Assembly: GCA_963825525.1 (NCBI GenBank)
Contig: CAWGTN010000002.1
Location: 928,001-992,000, forward strand
From: an uncultured Chloroflexia bacterium
GTDB taxonomy: Bacteria; Chloroflexota; Limnocylindria; QHBO01
Length of the DNA: 64,000 bases
Reading direction: 5' to 3'
Positions 51,012 to 60,606 of the stretch are shown in pieces. The translations under genes were made by a program, and so were the position numbers. Each line of letters begins with the position of its first letter. Positions within the stretch are counted from its first letter, which is position 1. The notes under the pieces are model-generated. The model made no database searches and was not told the origin of the DNA. It worked only from the letters and a program-made list of their open reading frames with translations.

Positions 51012-51144
51012 CGCCACATTCATGCCCGGTGCGCATGGGTGAGTGGATACGGGTCGATTCCCGCCATCCTGCAGGTTGAGACGCGCATCTGACGACCATC
51101 CGGCTGTGCTGGCCCACGGATGTGCACCCCGCATGAATCTGGCG
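51012..51144. repeat. 133-bp imperfect palindromic element with 25-bp terminal inverted repeats (MITE/REP-like or structured RNA)
   Basis: CGCCACATTCATGCCCGGTGCGCAT vs reverse complement of 51120-51144, CGCCAGATTCATGCGGGGTGCACAT (21/25 identical). Confidence 0.6.
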
Positions 51145-51217
51145 ACGACTGCCTCCGCTCGCCGGACCGACCGCGCGGGCCGTCTCGCTGCCGACCATCC
51201 CCGTACACTGACGCGGC

Positions 51218-52153
51218 ATGCCCCTCATCAGCACCCGGGCGCTGACGAAGCGCTATCCCGGCGTCACCGCGCTCGACGGCCTTAATCTCGAGCTGGAACC
51301 GGGAATCATCGGCCTCGTCGGAGCCAACGGCGCCGGCAAGAGCACGCTGATCAAGATCCTCCTCGGCCTGCTCGATCCCACCGAGGGTGACGCCCGCGTC
51401 CTCGACCTCGATACCGCCACGCAGGGCGCGCGGATTCGCGAGCTCGTCGGCTACATGCCGGAGCACGACAGCCTGCCGCCCGATGTCTCCGCCACCGAGT
51501 TCGTCTCTCACATGGCCCGCGTCTCGGGCCTCCCGATCGGCGCGGCACGCGAGCGAACCGCCGATGTCCTGCGCCATGTGGGCCTGTACGAGGAGCGCTA
51601 CCGGCCGATCGGCGGCTACTCGACCGGCATGAAGCAACGGGTCAAACTGGCCCAGGCGCTCGTCCACGACCCCCGGCTCCTCTTCCTGGACGAGCCGACC
51701 AACGGGCTCGATCCCGCCGGCCGTGACGACATGCTGGCGCTCATCGAGCGCATCGGGCGCGAGTTCGGGATCGCCGTGATCGTCGCCAGCCACCTGCTGG
51801 GCGAGATCGAGCGCGTCGCCACCTGGCTGGTGGCCATCGACGCGGGCCGTCTCCTGCGGACCGCCCCGCTTGAGTCGTTCACCGGACAGACCGGCCAGCT
51901 GCTCGTCGAGACGGAGGAACCCGCCGACGGTCTCGCGCAGCGGCTCGCGACGCGCGGCTACACCGTGCGAGCCGACGGCCGGACGCTGCTGGTCGACCTC
52001 GCGGGAGCCGAGGCCGACGCCCTGGCTCGAATCTACGACGCCGTCCGAGACGAAGCCGTCGACGGAGGTCTGGCGCTCATCCGGATCGAAGCCGGACGCC
52101 ATCAGCTCGAGGACCTGTTCCGGGATGGAGGAGCCGATGACCGCGTCGCCTGA
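51218..52153 (+). CDS. ABC-2 type transporter ATP-binding protein
   Basis: GANGAGKST, YSTGMKQR, FLDEPTNGLD. Confidence 0.92.
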   Translation: MPLISTRALTKRYPGVTALDGLNLELEPGIIGLVGANGAGKSTLIKILLGLLDPTEGDARVLDLDTATQGARIRELVGYMPEHDSLPPDVSATEFVSHMARVSGLPIGAARERTADVLRHVGLYEERYRPIGGYSTGMKQRVKLAQALVHDPRLLFLDEPTNGLDPAGRDDMLALIERIGREFGIAVIVASHLLGEIERVATWLVAIDAGRLLRTAPLESFTGQTGQLLVETEEPADGLAQRLATRGYTVRADGRTLLVDLAGAEADALARIYDAVRDEAVDGGLALIRIEAGRHQLEDLFRDGGADDRVA

Positions 52154-53021
52154 GCAGGCAGGCACGATCTACGACATCGGCTACCGCCGCTACGACGGCC
52201 CGCGGCTGGGCCGGCGGGGCGCGTTCGGCGCCATTGTCGCGGCCGGGCTGCGGGCCTCCTTCGGGCTTGGACGGTCAGGCCGCTCGAAGATCATTCCGTG
52301 GGGCGCGGTGATCCTCGGGTTGCTTCCGGCCGCAGTTGCCGTCGCCATCCGGGTGCTGGTCGGCGACATCGTCGACCTGTACAGCTACGAGAACTACGTG
52401 TGGGGCATCGGCGGCCTCCTGCCGATCTTCATGGCTGCCCAGGCGCCCGAGCTTGTCGTCAACGACCTGCGGCATCGAGTCCTGCCGCTCTACTTCAGCC
52501 GCCCGATCGGGCGTTTGGACTACGTCGCGGCCAAGCTCGTCGCGCTCAGCCTGGCGCTGCTCAGCCTCACGCTGCTACCAGTGCTCATCCTGTTCCTGGG
52601 CCGCGTGCTGGCCGCCGAAGATCTCATCGGCGCCTTCGGTGACGAGATCGGCGCACTGCCCGCCATCGTCGGCAGCGGCGTCATCCACGCGGTGGCCCTG
52701 GCGAGCCTCGGCCTCGCCATCTGCTCCCTCGCCGCGCGGCGCGCGTACGCGGCTGGCGCGGTGCTCGCCGTCTTCCTGATCGGTGGCGTCATCAGTGGCA
52801 CGCTGGAGGAGGTCGGCGGAGGCCTCGAGGCCTATGCGCCATTCACGAATCCCCTCGCGATCCTCGACGGCACGCGCGAGTGGCTGTTCGGCGGAGCCGT
52901 GGCGGAGTCGCCGGTCACCAGGGCCGGCGTGCCGCTCGAGGTCTATGGGCTGGCATCCGTGTTCCTCCTGGCAGGATCCCTCGCCGTGCTGGCCATCCGC
53001 TACCGGCGCGTGACGACATGA
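52137..53021 (+). CDS. ABC-2 type transporter permease
   Basis: IYDIGYRRYDG, APELVVNDLRHRVLPLYFSRP..RLDY; 6 TM helices. Confidence 0.88.
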   Translation: MTASPEQAGTIYDIGYRRYDGPRLGRRGAFGAIVAAGLRASFGLGRSGRSKIIPWGAVILGLLPAAVAVAIRVLVGDIVDLYSYENYVWGIGGLLPIFMAAQAPELVVNDLRHRVLPLYFSRPIGRLDYVAAKLVALSLALLSLTLLPVLILFLGRVLAAEDLIGAFGDEIGALPAIVGSGVIHAVALASLGLAICSLAARRAYAAGAVLAVFLIGGVISGTLEEVGGGLEAYAPFTNPLAILDGTREWLFGGAVAESPVTRAGVPLEVYGLASVFLLAGSLAVLAIRYRRVTT

Positions 53022-53929
53022 CCGTGCTCACCCTGGCTGGCGTCTCGCGCTGGTACGGCAACGTGGTGGCGGTCAACGACGTCAGCTTCGAGGTCGGGCC
53101 GGGCATCACGGGCCTCCTCGGTCCGAACGGAGCGGGCAAGACGACGCTCCTCCATCTCATGGCAGGCTTCCTCGCCCCCTCCGCCGGGACGGTGGAGCTC
53201 GAGGGAACCCCCACGTGGCGGCACCCGGAGATCTACGAGCGGGTCGGCTTCGTGCCGGAGCGCGAGGCGTTCTACCCGTTCCTCACGGCGCGACAGTTTG
53301 TCCACGCCTCCGCGCGGCTTTCCCGCGTCGACAACGCGGATGACAGCACGCGGCGCGCGATCGAGATGGTCGGCCTCGCCGATGCCGCCGATCGCAGCAT
53401 GGGCGGCTACTCGAAGGGCATGCGCCAGCGCGCCAAGGTTGCGGCGGCCCTCGTCCACGATCCCGAGACGCTCATCCTGGATGAGCCGTTCAACGGCATG
53501 GACCCGCGTCAGCGCCTGTCGATGATGGACCTCCTTCGACGCATGGCGGCCGACGGTCGCACGATCCTGTTCAGCAGCCACATCCTGGAGGAGGTCGAGC
53601 GCCTGTCGGACCGCGTGCTGGTGGTCGTCGCCGGTCGACTGGCCGCTTCGGGCGACTTCCGGCGCATTCGGCGACTCATGACCGATCGGCCGCACCAGTT
53701 CACCCTCCGCTCGAGTGACGATCGGAGGCTGGCGCGAGAGCTGCTCGGCGGGTCGGAGGTCGAGTCGGTTGAGATCCGCGACGGCCGCCTGTCGATCCGA
53801 ACCGGCGACTACGGGGCGCTGACCCGTGCCGTGGCACCGGCCGCGCAGCGCGCCGGCGTGACGCTGTTCGAGATGCGGCCCGCCGACGAGTCGCTCGAAT
53901 CGGTCTTCAGCTACCTGGTGCGCCGATGA
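53018..53929 (+). CDS. ABC-2 type transporter ATP-binding protein
   Basis: GPNGAGKTT, YSKGMRQR, ILDEPFNGMD, SSH. Confidence 0.92.
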   Translation: MTVLTLAGVSRWYGNVVAVNDVSFEVGPGITGLLGPNGAGKTTLLHLMAGFLAPSAGTVELEGTPTWRHPEIYERVGFVPEREAFYPFLTARQFVHASARLSRVDNADDSTRRAIEMVGLADAADRSMGGYSKGMRQRAKVAAALVHDPETLILDEPFNGMDPRQRLSMMDLLRRMAADGRTILFSSHILEEVERLSDRVLVVVAGRLAASGDFRRIRRLMTDRPHQFTLRSSDDRRLARELLGGSEVESVEIRDGRLSIRTGDYGALTRAVAPAAQRAGVTLFEMRPADESLESVFSYLVRR

Positions 53930-54654
53930 TCACGGCCCTCGTTGCCCTCACCTTCCGCGCCCTCCTCAACCGGCGCCGGACCCTGCTGCTCGGGTTGCTC
54001 GGCGCGCTGCTCGTGCTGGTTGCCGTCGTCTTCCGGCTCGGCAGTCCCGATGCAGCCGCGGCGACGAGCTTCAGCGGGCGGCTCATGGCCGACTTCGGAC
54101 TGGCGGTTCTGTTGCCGCTGGTCACGGTCATCGTTGGAACCGCGGCGGTCGGATCCGAGCTCGATGACGGCACGATCGTCTACCTGCTCGCCAAGCCGGT
54201 GCCGCGCTGGCTCATCGTCCTCGTCAAGTTCGTCGTGGCGTGGGTCGTGAGCTCATTGCTCGTCGCGGTCCCGATCCTCGTCGGTGGGCTGGTGGGAGCC
54301 GGCGGCGACCCCGCGATCGGCATCGGGTATGCGATGGCATCGGTGGTCGGGGCGCTCGAGTACACCGCCGTGTTCCTGGCGTTGTCGCTCGTGACCTCGC
54401 GCGCACTGGTGGTCGGGCTGGCGTACGTCGTCATCTGGGAAGGCGTGGTGGCCGGCCTCTTTGCCGGCACCCGGATCCTGTCGGTCAGGCAGCACGCGCT
54501 GGCCGTGGGGGATGCACTGGTCGCGGATGGCGCGGTTGCCGCCGAGCTGGAACCGGCGATCGCACTGCTGATCGGTGGCGCGGTGGTGGTGCTTGCCCTG
54601 GGCCTCGCCATGCGCCGCCTGACCACCGTCGAGCTGCGGGGGGAGACCGGGTGA
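53926..54654 (+). CDS. ABC-2 type transporter permease
   Basis: ELDDGTIVYLLAKPVPR; 6 TM helices. Confidence 0.88.
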   Translation: MITALVALTFRALLNRRRTLLLGLLGALLVLVAVVFRLGSPDAAAATSFSGRLMADFGLAVLLPLVTVIVGTAAVGSELDDGTIVYLLAKPVPRWLIVLVKFVVAWVVSSLLVAVPILVGGLVGAGGDPAIGIGYAMASVVGALEYTAVFLALSLVTSRALVVGLAYVVIWEGVVAGLFAGTRILSVRQHALAVGDALVADGAVAAELEPAIALLIGGAVVVLALGLAMRRLTTVELRGETG

Positions 54655-55700
54655 CGGGCAACGGGCTCCCACCGCCGTGGGGACACACCTGGCACGGGCG
54701 TCTCGATGAGCTCGTGATCGACTCCGAGGCGCTGACCGGCAACCCGCTGGGCGACCCGCATCGCCGGCCCGTCTGGGTCTATACGCCGCCCGGGTACGAC
54801 GAGGCGGACGAGCGCCGCTACCCGACGATCTACGTCCTCCAGGGGTTGACCGGGCAGGTCGACATGTGGCGCAACCGAAAGGCCTTCACGCCCACCGTGA
54901 TTGAGGCGATCGACGATCGATTCGCCGGCGACGGGGCGGCACCCGCGATCATCGTCTTCGTGGACGCCTGGACCAGTCTCGGCGGCGCGCAGTTCCTCGA
55001 CTCGGCGGCGACCGGGCGCTACCACACCTACCTGTGCGACGAGGTCGTGCCGTTCGTCGACTCCCGATACCGAACCGTGGCGGACGCCCGACATCGTGGC
55101 GTGGCGGGGAAGAGCTCAGGGGGTTACGGCGCCATGATCACGCCGATGCTCCGCCCCGACCTGTTCGGCGGTCTCGTCACGCACGCGGGGGACGCGCTGT
55201 TCGAGGTCTGCTACGCGCCCGAATTCCGCGAGGCTGCTCGCGCGCTGCGCGACGTCTACGACGGATCGTACGAAGCGTTCTGGGCAGATGTCCGGTCGCG
55301 GCCCGGCCGTTCCCAGCGGACCGATGGCGCGCTCCTCGACGTGTGGTGCATGGCCGCCTGCTACTCCGCCGATCCGGACGGCACGGTCCACCTGCCGTTC
55401 GACCCCGCCACCGGCCGCGATGTGCCCGAGGTCTGGGACCGCTGGCTGGCCCGAGACCCGGTTCGCATGGCGCCCATGCACGCCGATGCGCTGCGCGGAC
55501 TGCGCGCCATCTGGATCGACGCCGGACGCAGCGACGACTTCTATCTCGATCTCGGCGCCATCGCCTTCCGCGACGAGCTCGCGAAGCTCGGGATCGAGGA
55601 CGACCGAGTCCACTTCGAGCTGTTCGACGGCACCCACTCGGGCATCGACTGGCGCTACCCCGATGCGCTCGCCTGGCTCGCGGAACGCATGGGCGCTTAA
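54651..55700 (+). CDS. Alpha/beta-hydrolase esterase (enterochelin esterase-like)
   Basis: VWVYTPPGY, YPTIYVL, GKSSGG nucleophile elbow, D(AG) and GTH. Confidence 0.88.
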   Translation: MTGNGLPPPWGHTWHGRLDELVIDSEALTGNPLGDPHRRPVWVYTPPGYDEADERRYPTIYVLQGLTGQVDMWRNRKAFTPTVIEAIDDRFAGDGAAPAIIVFVDAWTSLGGAQFLDSAATGRYHTYLCDEVVPFVDSRYRTVADARHRGVAGKSSGGYGAMITPMLRPDLFGGLVTHAGDALFEVCYAPEFREAARALRDVYDGSYEAFWADVRSRPGRSQRTDGALLDVWCMAACYSADPDGTVHLPFDPATGRDVPEVWDRWLARDPVRMAPMHADALRGLRAIWIDAGRSDDFYLDLGAIAFRDELAKLGIEDDRVHFELFDGTHSGIDWRYPDALAWLAERMGA

Positions 55701-55707
55701 GCGCCCA
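55690..55707. terminator. Perfect 18-bp palindrome over the stop codon; possible terminator hairpin
   Basis: TGGGCGCTTAAGCGCCCA; no U-tract. Confidence 0.35.
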
Positions 55708-55849
55708 CGGCCCGGTCGCGCCCGGCCATGAGCCCGACCGTCACGGCCCAGCACCTCGCCCGCAGTCAGACGTGGCACGCTGGACGCTATGCTCACCGGC
55801 GGGGTCGGTGCATTTCCCCGCGATTCGACTTGCTACGGAGAGCCTCGAC

Positions 55850-56716
55850 ATGACATTTCGGCCGGACGTGAAGCTCGATCCGGGCCGCGTGCAGGACGGA
55901 CGAGGGCGGCGTGTGCGTGGCGGCGGGGTCGCCATCGGCGGAGGGCTCGGCAGCCTCGTCATCCTGGGGCTGTTTCTGCTGCTGGGCGGGGATCTCGGCG
56001 ACCTGGGCGGCCTCGGTGCAGGCACGCCCGATACCGGTCCGCTGTCGAGTGAGATCGCCAGCCAGTGCCAGACCGGCGAGGACGCGAACAATCGGACCGA
56101 TTGCCGGGTCGTGGGAACGAGCCAGAGCCTTGACGCCTACTGGTCCGATGCATTCGCCGCGTCGGACGTGTCGTACACGCCGCCGACGGTGAGACTCTTC
56201 ACCGACCAGGTCAACACCGCGTGCGGAGGCGCCACGAGTGCGGTAGGGCCGTTCTACTGCCCGGTCGACCAGACCATCTACCTGGACCTCGGGTTCTTCG
56301 AGGACCTCGAGTCGCGGTTTGGGGCACAGGGCGGTCCGTTTGCCGAGGAGTACGTGGTGGCACACGAGTACGGGCACCACATGCAGAACCTGCTCGGCCT
56401 GCTGGACACGGGTCGCGACGCGGGCGCGGAGGGTGGTGCCGTCAGAACCGAGCTGCAGGCCGATTGCTTCGCGGGTGTGTGGGGCGGCAATGCCGTCGAC
56501 ACCGGATTCCTCGAGCCCCTCACTCCCGAGCAGATCGCGCAGGCACTGGATGCCGCCAGCGTCATCGGCGACGACCGGATTCAGGAGCAGACCCAGGGCC
56601 AGGTCAACCCCGAGACGTGGACGCACGGATCGTCCGAGCAGCGTCAACAGTGGTTCCGGACCGGGCTCGACCAGCAGGACCCGAACGCCTGCGACACGTT
56701 CAACGCCGACATCTGA
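55850..56716 (+). CDS. Neutral zinc metallopeptidase (YpfJ-like)
   Basis: GPFYCP.D, AHEYGHH.Q, ELQADC, THGSSEQR, CDTF. Confidence 0.92.
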   Translation: MTFRPDVKLDPGRVQDGRGRRVRGGGVAIGGGLGSLVILGLFLLLGGDLGDLGGLGAGTPDTGPLSSEIASQCQTGEDANNRTDCRVVGTSQSLDAYWSDAFAASDVSYTPPTVRLFTDQVNTACGGATSAVGPFYCPVDQTIYLDLGFFEDLESRFGAQGGPFAEEYVVAHEYGHHMQNLLGLLDTGRDAGAEGGAVRTELQADCFAGVWGGNAVDTGFLEPLTPEQIAQALDAASVIGDDRIQEQTQGQVNPETWTHGSSEQRQQWFRTGLDQQDPNACDTFNADI

Positions 56717-56717
56717 C

Positions 56718-56731
56718 GGGACCTTTGGCGG
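56718..56731. promoter_or_regulatory. Possible DosR-type box upstream of GH15
   Basis: GGGAC-CTTT-GGCGG; -10-like GAGACT at 56755. Confidence 0.4.
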
Positions 56732-56785
56732 TTGGCTCCTGCGGGCTGACGTGCGAGACTGTCGGACCCACGCCGGAGATGGCCG

Positions 56786-58840
56786 ATGTCAACGAATGGA
56801 CGCGCAGAGGGGCGCGACCACGTCGCGCCTCGCACCCCGCTGAGCACATCACCGTTTCCGCCAATCGGCGAGTACGGGTTCCTCTCGGACGGCGAAGCCA
56901 CGATGCTCATCGCCCCGAGCGGCAACATCGAGTGGTTCTGCGTGCCGCGGATGGACTCCCCCAGCGTGTTCGGTGCGATCCTGGACCGCGATGCCGGGGG
57001 ATTCCGGCTCGGACCCTCGGACCTCCAGGTTCCTGCCGCGCGCCGATATCTGCCCGGAACCATGGTCCTGGAGACGAGCTGGGGGTCGCCCAGCGGCTGG
57101 ATCATCGTCCGTGACGTGATGCTGCTCGGTCCCTGGCGCCACTCCCAGGAGCGGTCGAAGACCCAGCGCCGGCCCCCGACCGACTACGACGCCAGCCATG
57201 TCCTTGTTCGCATCGTCCGCTGCGTGAACGGCGAGATGCAGCTCACGCTCGACTGTGAGCCGGTCTTCGACTACGGCCGATCCATCGGGACCTGGCGATA
57301 CACGGAGGACGGCTACCGACAGGGTGCCGTCACGGCCGAGGGCTCCGACATCGAGCTCGTCCTGACGAGTGACATGAACATCGGCTTCGAGGGCCCACGC
57401 GCCATGGCCCGAACCCTGATCAAGGAGGGTGAGACGCGCTTCTGCGCGCTGTCATGGAACGGCGCGACACCGCCACGGACGGAGAAGCAGGCCTACAAGC
57501 GCATGGTGTGGACAGCCCATCACTGGCAGCATTGGCTGGCGCGAGGAACCTTCCCCGACCATCCATGGCGCTCGTACCTCGAGCGGTCCGCGCTGACCCT
57601 CAAGGGCCTCACCTACGCACCGAGCGGAGCCGTCGTCGCCGCGGCCACCACCTCCCTGCCCGAGACGCCGGGCGGAGAGCGCAACTGGGACTATCGCTAC
57701 AGCTGGATCCGCGACTCCACCTTCGCTCTGTGGGGGCTCTACACGCTTGGGTTCGAGTGGGAGGCCAACGATTACCTCCACTTCATCGCGGACCTCGCCG
57801 AACGTGACACCGACCTCCAGGTCATGTACGGAATCGACGGTGAGAAGGCGCTCGAGGAGCGGGAGCTGACGCACCTGACCGGCTACCAGGGCGCTCGACC
57901 GGTCCGCATCGGCAACGGCGCCTATGGTCAGCGCCAGCACGACATGTGGGGCGCCGTCCTGGATTCGGTCTACCTCCACACCAAGTCACGCGATCACCTG
58001 GACGAGCGCATGTGGCCGATCATGGTGCGCCAGGTCGAGGCCGCACTCGAGCACTGGCGGGAACCGGATCGCGGGATCTGGGAGGTCCGCGGGGAGCCGA
58101 AGCACTTCACCAGCTCGAAGGTGATGTGCTGGGTCGCGGCCGACCGCGGAGCGCGCCTGGCCCGCATCCGCGAGGCGCACGATCTCGCCGAAGAGTGGCA
58201 GGCGGCGGCCGACGAGATCCACGCCGATATCTGCGCCAATGGCGTCGACGAGCGCGGCGTCTTCACCCAGCACTACGAGACCGATGCGCTCGACGCGTCG
58301 GCCCTGCTCATGCCGCTCGTGCGATTCCTTCCGCCGACCGACCCGCGGATCCGGCGCACCGTGCTGGCCATCGCCGATGAGCTGACCGACGATGGATTGG
58401 TGCTCCGTTACCGCCCCGAGCTGACCGACGATGGGCTTTCAGGAGCCGAGGGAAGCTTCACGATCTGCTCGTTCTGGCTCGTCTCCGCGCTGGTGGAGAT
58501 CGGCGAGGTGACCCGTGGCGCACGGCTGTGCGAGAAGCTCCTGTCGTTCTCGAGCTCGCTGGGGCTGTACGGCGAGGAGATCGATCCAGATACGGGACGA
58601 CATCTCGGCAACTTCCCGCAGGCGTTCACCCACCTGTCGCTCATCAACGCGGTCATGCACGTCATCCAGGCCGAGCGCGGGACCGCATCTGGCGGCTCGG
58701 CGCCGCTCACACCCCAGGCGCCAGCAACAGTCAGCAGGCGGAAACGGTGCGAAGCAACCCAAGCAGCCAGCCGTGGCCGACGGGCCGAAGTCCGGCTGAG
58801 CGCCCTACTCCTCGTAGGGAAGGCCGCGCTCGACAGCTGA
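56786..58840 (+). CDS. Glycoside hydrolase family 15 (trehalase/glucoamylase-like); 3' end possibly frameshifted (alternative stop at 58799)
   Basis: TTSLPE..GGERNWDYRYSWIRD, GIWEVR, EGSFTICSFW, EE..LGNFPQAFTH. Confidence 0.92.
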   Translation: MSTNGRAEGRDHVAPRTPLSTSPFPPIGEYGFLSDGEATMLIAPSGNIEWFCVPRMDSPSVFGAILDRDAGGFRLGPSDLQVPAARRYLPGTMVLETSWGSPSGWIIVRDVMLLGPWRHSQERSKTQRRPPTDYDASHVLVRIVRCVNGEMQLTLDCEPVFDYGRSIGTWRYTEDGYRQGAVTAEGSDIELVLTSDMNIGFEGPRAMARTLIKEGETRFCALSWNGATPPRTEKQAYKRMVWTAHHWQHWLARGTFPDHPWRSYLERSALTLKGLTYAPSGAVVAAATTSLPETPGGERNWDYRYSWIRDSTFALWGLYTLGFEWEANDYLHFIADLAERDTDLQVMYGIDGEKALEERELTHLTGYQGARPVRIGNGAYGQRQHDMWGAVLDSVYLHTKSRDHLDERMWPIMVRQVEAALEHWREPDRGIWEVRGEPKHFTSSKVMCWVAADRGARLARIREAHDLAEEWQAAADEIHADICANGVDERGVFTQHYETDALDASALLMPLVRFLPPTDPRIRRTVLAIADELTDDGLVLRYRPELTDDGLSGAEGSFTICSFWLVSALVEIGEVTRGARLCEKLLSFSSSLGLYGEEIDPDTGRHLGNFPQAFTHLSLINAVMHVIQAERGTASGGSAPLTPQAPATVSRRKRCEATQAASRGRRAEVRLSALLLVGKAALDS

Positions 58841-59491
58841 CCATCCGGCGGCCAGGAGGCGAATTGCGACGCGCGCGTCACGGACCGGCGGATGGTCCGG
58901 AGCGATCAGCACGCCGGCAAGGGTCGGCAGCAGCGGAGCCGGCCCGAATGTGACCGCGATCAGGGACGCACCCGCGGCGGGACCGTCCACGACGTGGAAC
59001 AGGGTCTCCTGCGGCGTCCGGTCGTACGTCACCCAGGCGGGATCGGTGCTGGTGATGCGCCGGAGCCTGGTCCCGATTCCCAGCCGCCGATCGCGCGCCG
59101 TGACCGGCATGGCCGGCGCACCTGCGTACCAGACCGGGCCCGACTGGTGGAGGTGCTCGAGCGACTCGTTCCAGTCGCCCCACCATGACGAGCGACGGGG
59201 GGCGGCGGGATCGAGCGCGATGTCACTGAGTATCACGAAGTCGTCGGGGTCGTGAGCGAGGTCGGTGCACCGGCCGTCACACCCGGGCAGGATGAGCCGC
59301 GGAAGCTCGGCGATCGTCAGACGGGCACGCAGCCACTGGCTGAACGCGTCAGGGTTGCGGCCCCGCGCGCCTGGGTCGATGAGCGTGAGCACCGTCTCGC
59401 CGCGACGGATCAGATCGACGGCAACGGACAACGGATCGTGTCCCTGGCCTCGATCAGACCGGCGGCTCGGGGCTCGGTCCCGGGCAGTCAT
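58805..59491 (-). CDS. Hypothetical protein
   Basis: 228-codon ORF with normal composition filling the gap between GH15 and the LLM gene; no family recognised. Confidence 0.55.
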   Translation of the reverse strand: MTARDRAPSRRSDRGQGHDPLSVAVDLIRRGETVLTLIDPGARGRNPDAFSQWLRARLTIAELPRLILPGCDGRCTDLAHDPDDFVILSDIALDPAAPRRSSWWGDWNESLEHLHQSGPVWYAGAPAMPVTARDRRLGIGTRLRRITSTDPAWVTYDRTPQETLFHVVDGPAAGASLIAVTFGPAPLLPTLAGVLIAPDHPPVRDARVAIRLLAAGWSAVERGLPYEE

Positions 59492-59615
59492 ACCCCGATT
59501 GGACCATCGGCGACAGGACCCAGCAAGCCGTCGCAACCTCCCCGGACCGCACCAGACCGCACCACCCGCAGGGTCCGATGAGCCTCAAACACGCGATTCG
59601 GCCACAATACCGGGC

Positions 59616-60560
59616 GTGTCACGACCATTTCGATTCCTCGCCGATGCGCGCGAAATCGCGACGATCCGCGAGCTGACCGAGACCGTTCGCAAGGCCGAGG
59701 CCATCGGGATCGACACCCTGGTCGTGCCCGATCACCTCATTCCCCAGCTGGCGCCGATGCCGGCCATGGCGGCCATCGTCGCGCTGTCGGATCGGCTGCG
59801 GGTCAGCGGCTTCGTCCTCAACAACGATCTGCGCCATCCGGCGGTGATGGCTCAGGATCTCGCGAGCCTCGACGTCCTGAGCGAGGGACGGCTCGACATC
59901 GCCATCGGCGCCGGCTGGAACCGGCCCGAGTACGAGGCCATCGGCATCGCGTTCGACCGAGCTCCGACGCGCCAGGCCCGGCTGGCAGAGGCCATCGCGG
60001 TCCTCAAGGGCTGCTTCGCGGACGGGCCGTTCAGCTTTGCCGGCGAGCACTACACGATCACCGACTACGACGCGTTCCCCAAGCCCGTTCAGCGACCGCA
60101 TCCGCCGATCCTCATCGGCGGTGGCGGACGGCGAACCCTGGAGCTGGCTGCGCGCGAGGCGAACATCGTCGGCCTGGCTCCGCGCATCCTCCCCAACGCG
60201 GCGGGCGATCCCGGCTCGATCACCGTTGCCGCAAGCGCGGAGAAGATCGAGTGGGTGCGCGAGGCCGCCGGTGAGCGCTTCGCCGATCTCGAGCTCAACG
60301 TCTACCCCTCGATGACCGGCGTGAGCATCACCGACCAGCCCTTGGGCGAGGCACGCGAGGTGGCCGAGCGGCTCGAGGCGCGGAGCGGCGTCGCGGTGAG
60401 CCCGGAGGAGCTGCTGGATTCGCCGCACATCTTCATCAACACGGTCGACGGCTTCGTCGAGAAGTTCGTCCGCCTGCGCGATGAGCTGGGCATCAGCTCG
60501 ATCATGGTCGGGAGCGTCGACGAGCTGGCCCCGGTCGTCGAGCGACTGGCCGGGACCTGA
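59616..60560 (+). CDS. LLM class (probably F420-dependent) oxidoreductase
   Basis: VPDH, LNNDLRHP, DVLSEGRL..GAGW, PVQRPHPPILIGGGG. Confidence 0.9.
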   Translation: MSRPFRFLADAREIATIRELTETVRKAEAIGIDTLVVPDHLIPQLAPMPAMAAIVALSDRLRVSGFVLNNDLRHPAVMAQDLASLDVLSEGRLDIAIGAGWNRPEYEAIGIAFDRAPTRQARLAEAIAVLKGCFADGPFSFAGEHYTITDYDAFPKPVQRPHPPILIGGGGRRTLELAAREANIVGLAPRILPNAAGDPGSITVAASAEKIEWVREAAGERFADLELNVYPSMTGVSITDQPLGEAREVAERLEARSGVAVSPEELLDSPHIFINTVDGFVEKFVRLRDELGISSIMVGSVDELAPVVERLAGT

Positions 60561-60606
60561 ACCGGCCCCGTCGCACCGGATTGGTGCGACAGGGCCGCGC
60601 GGAAAC

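Noticed and set aside
59545-59570. Short direct repeat GACCGCACCA x2
   Set aside because: Only two copies, with no supporting context.
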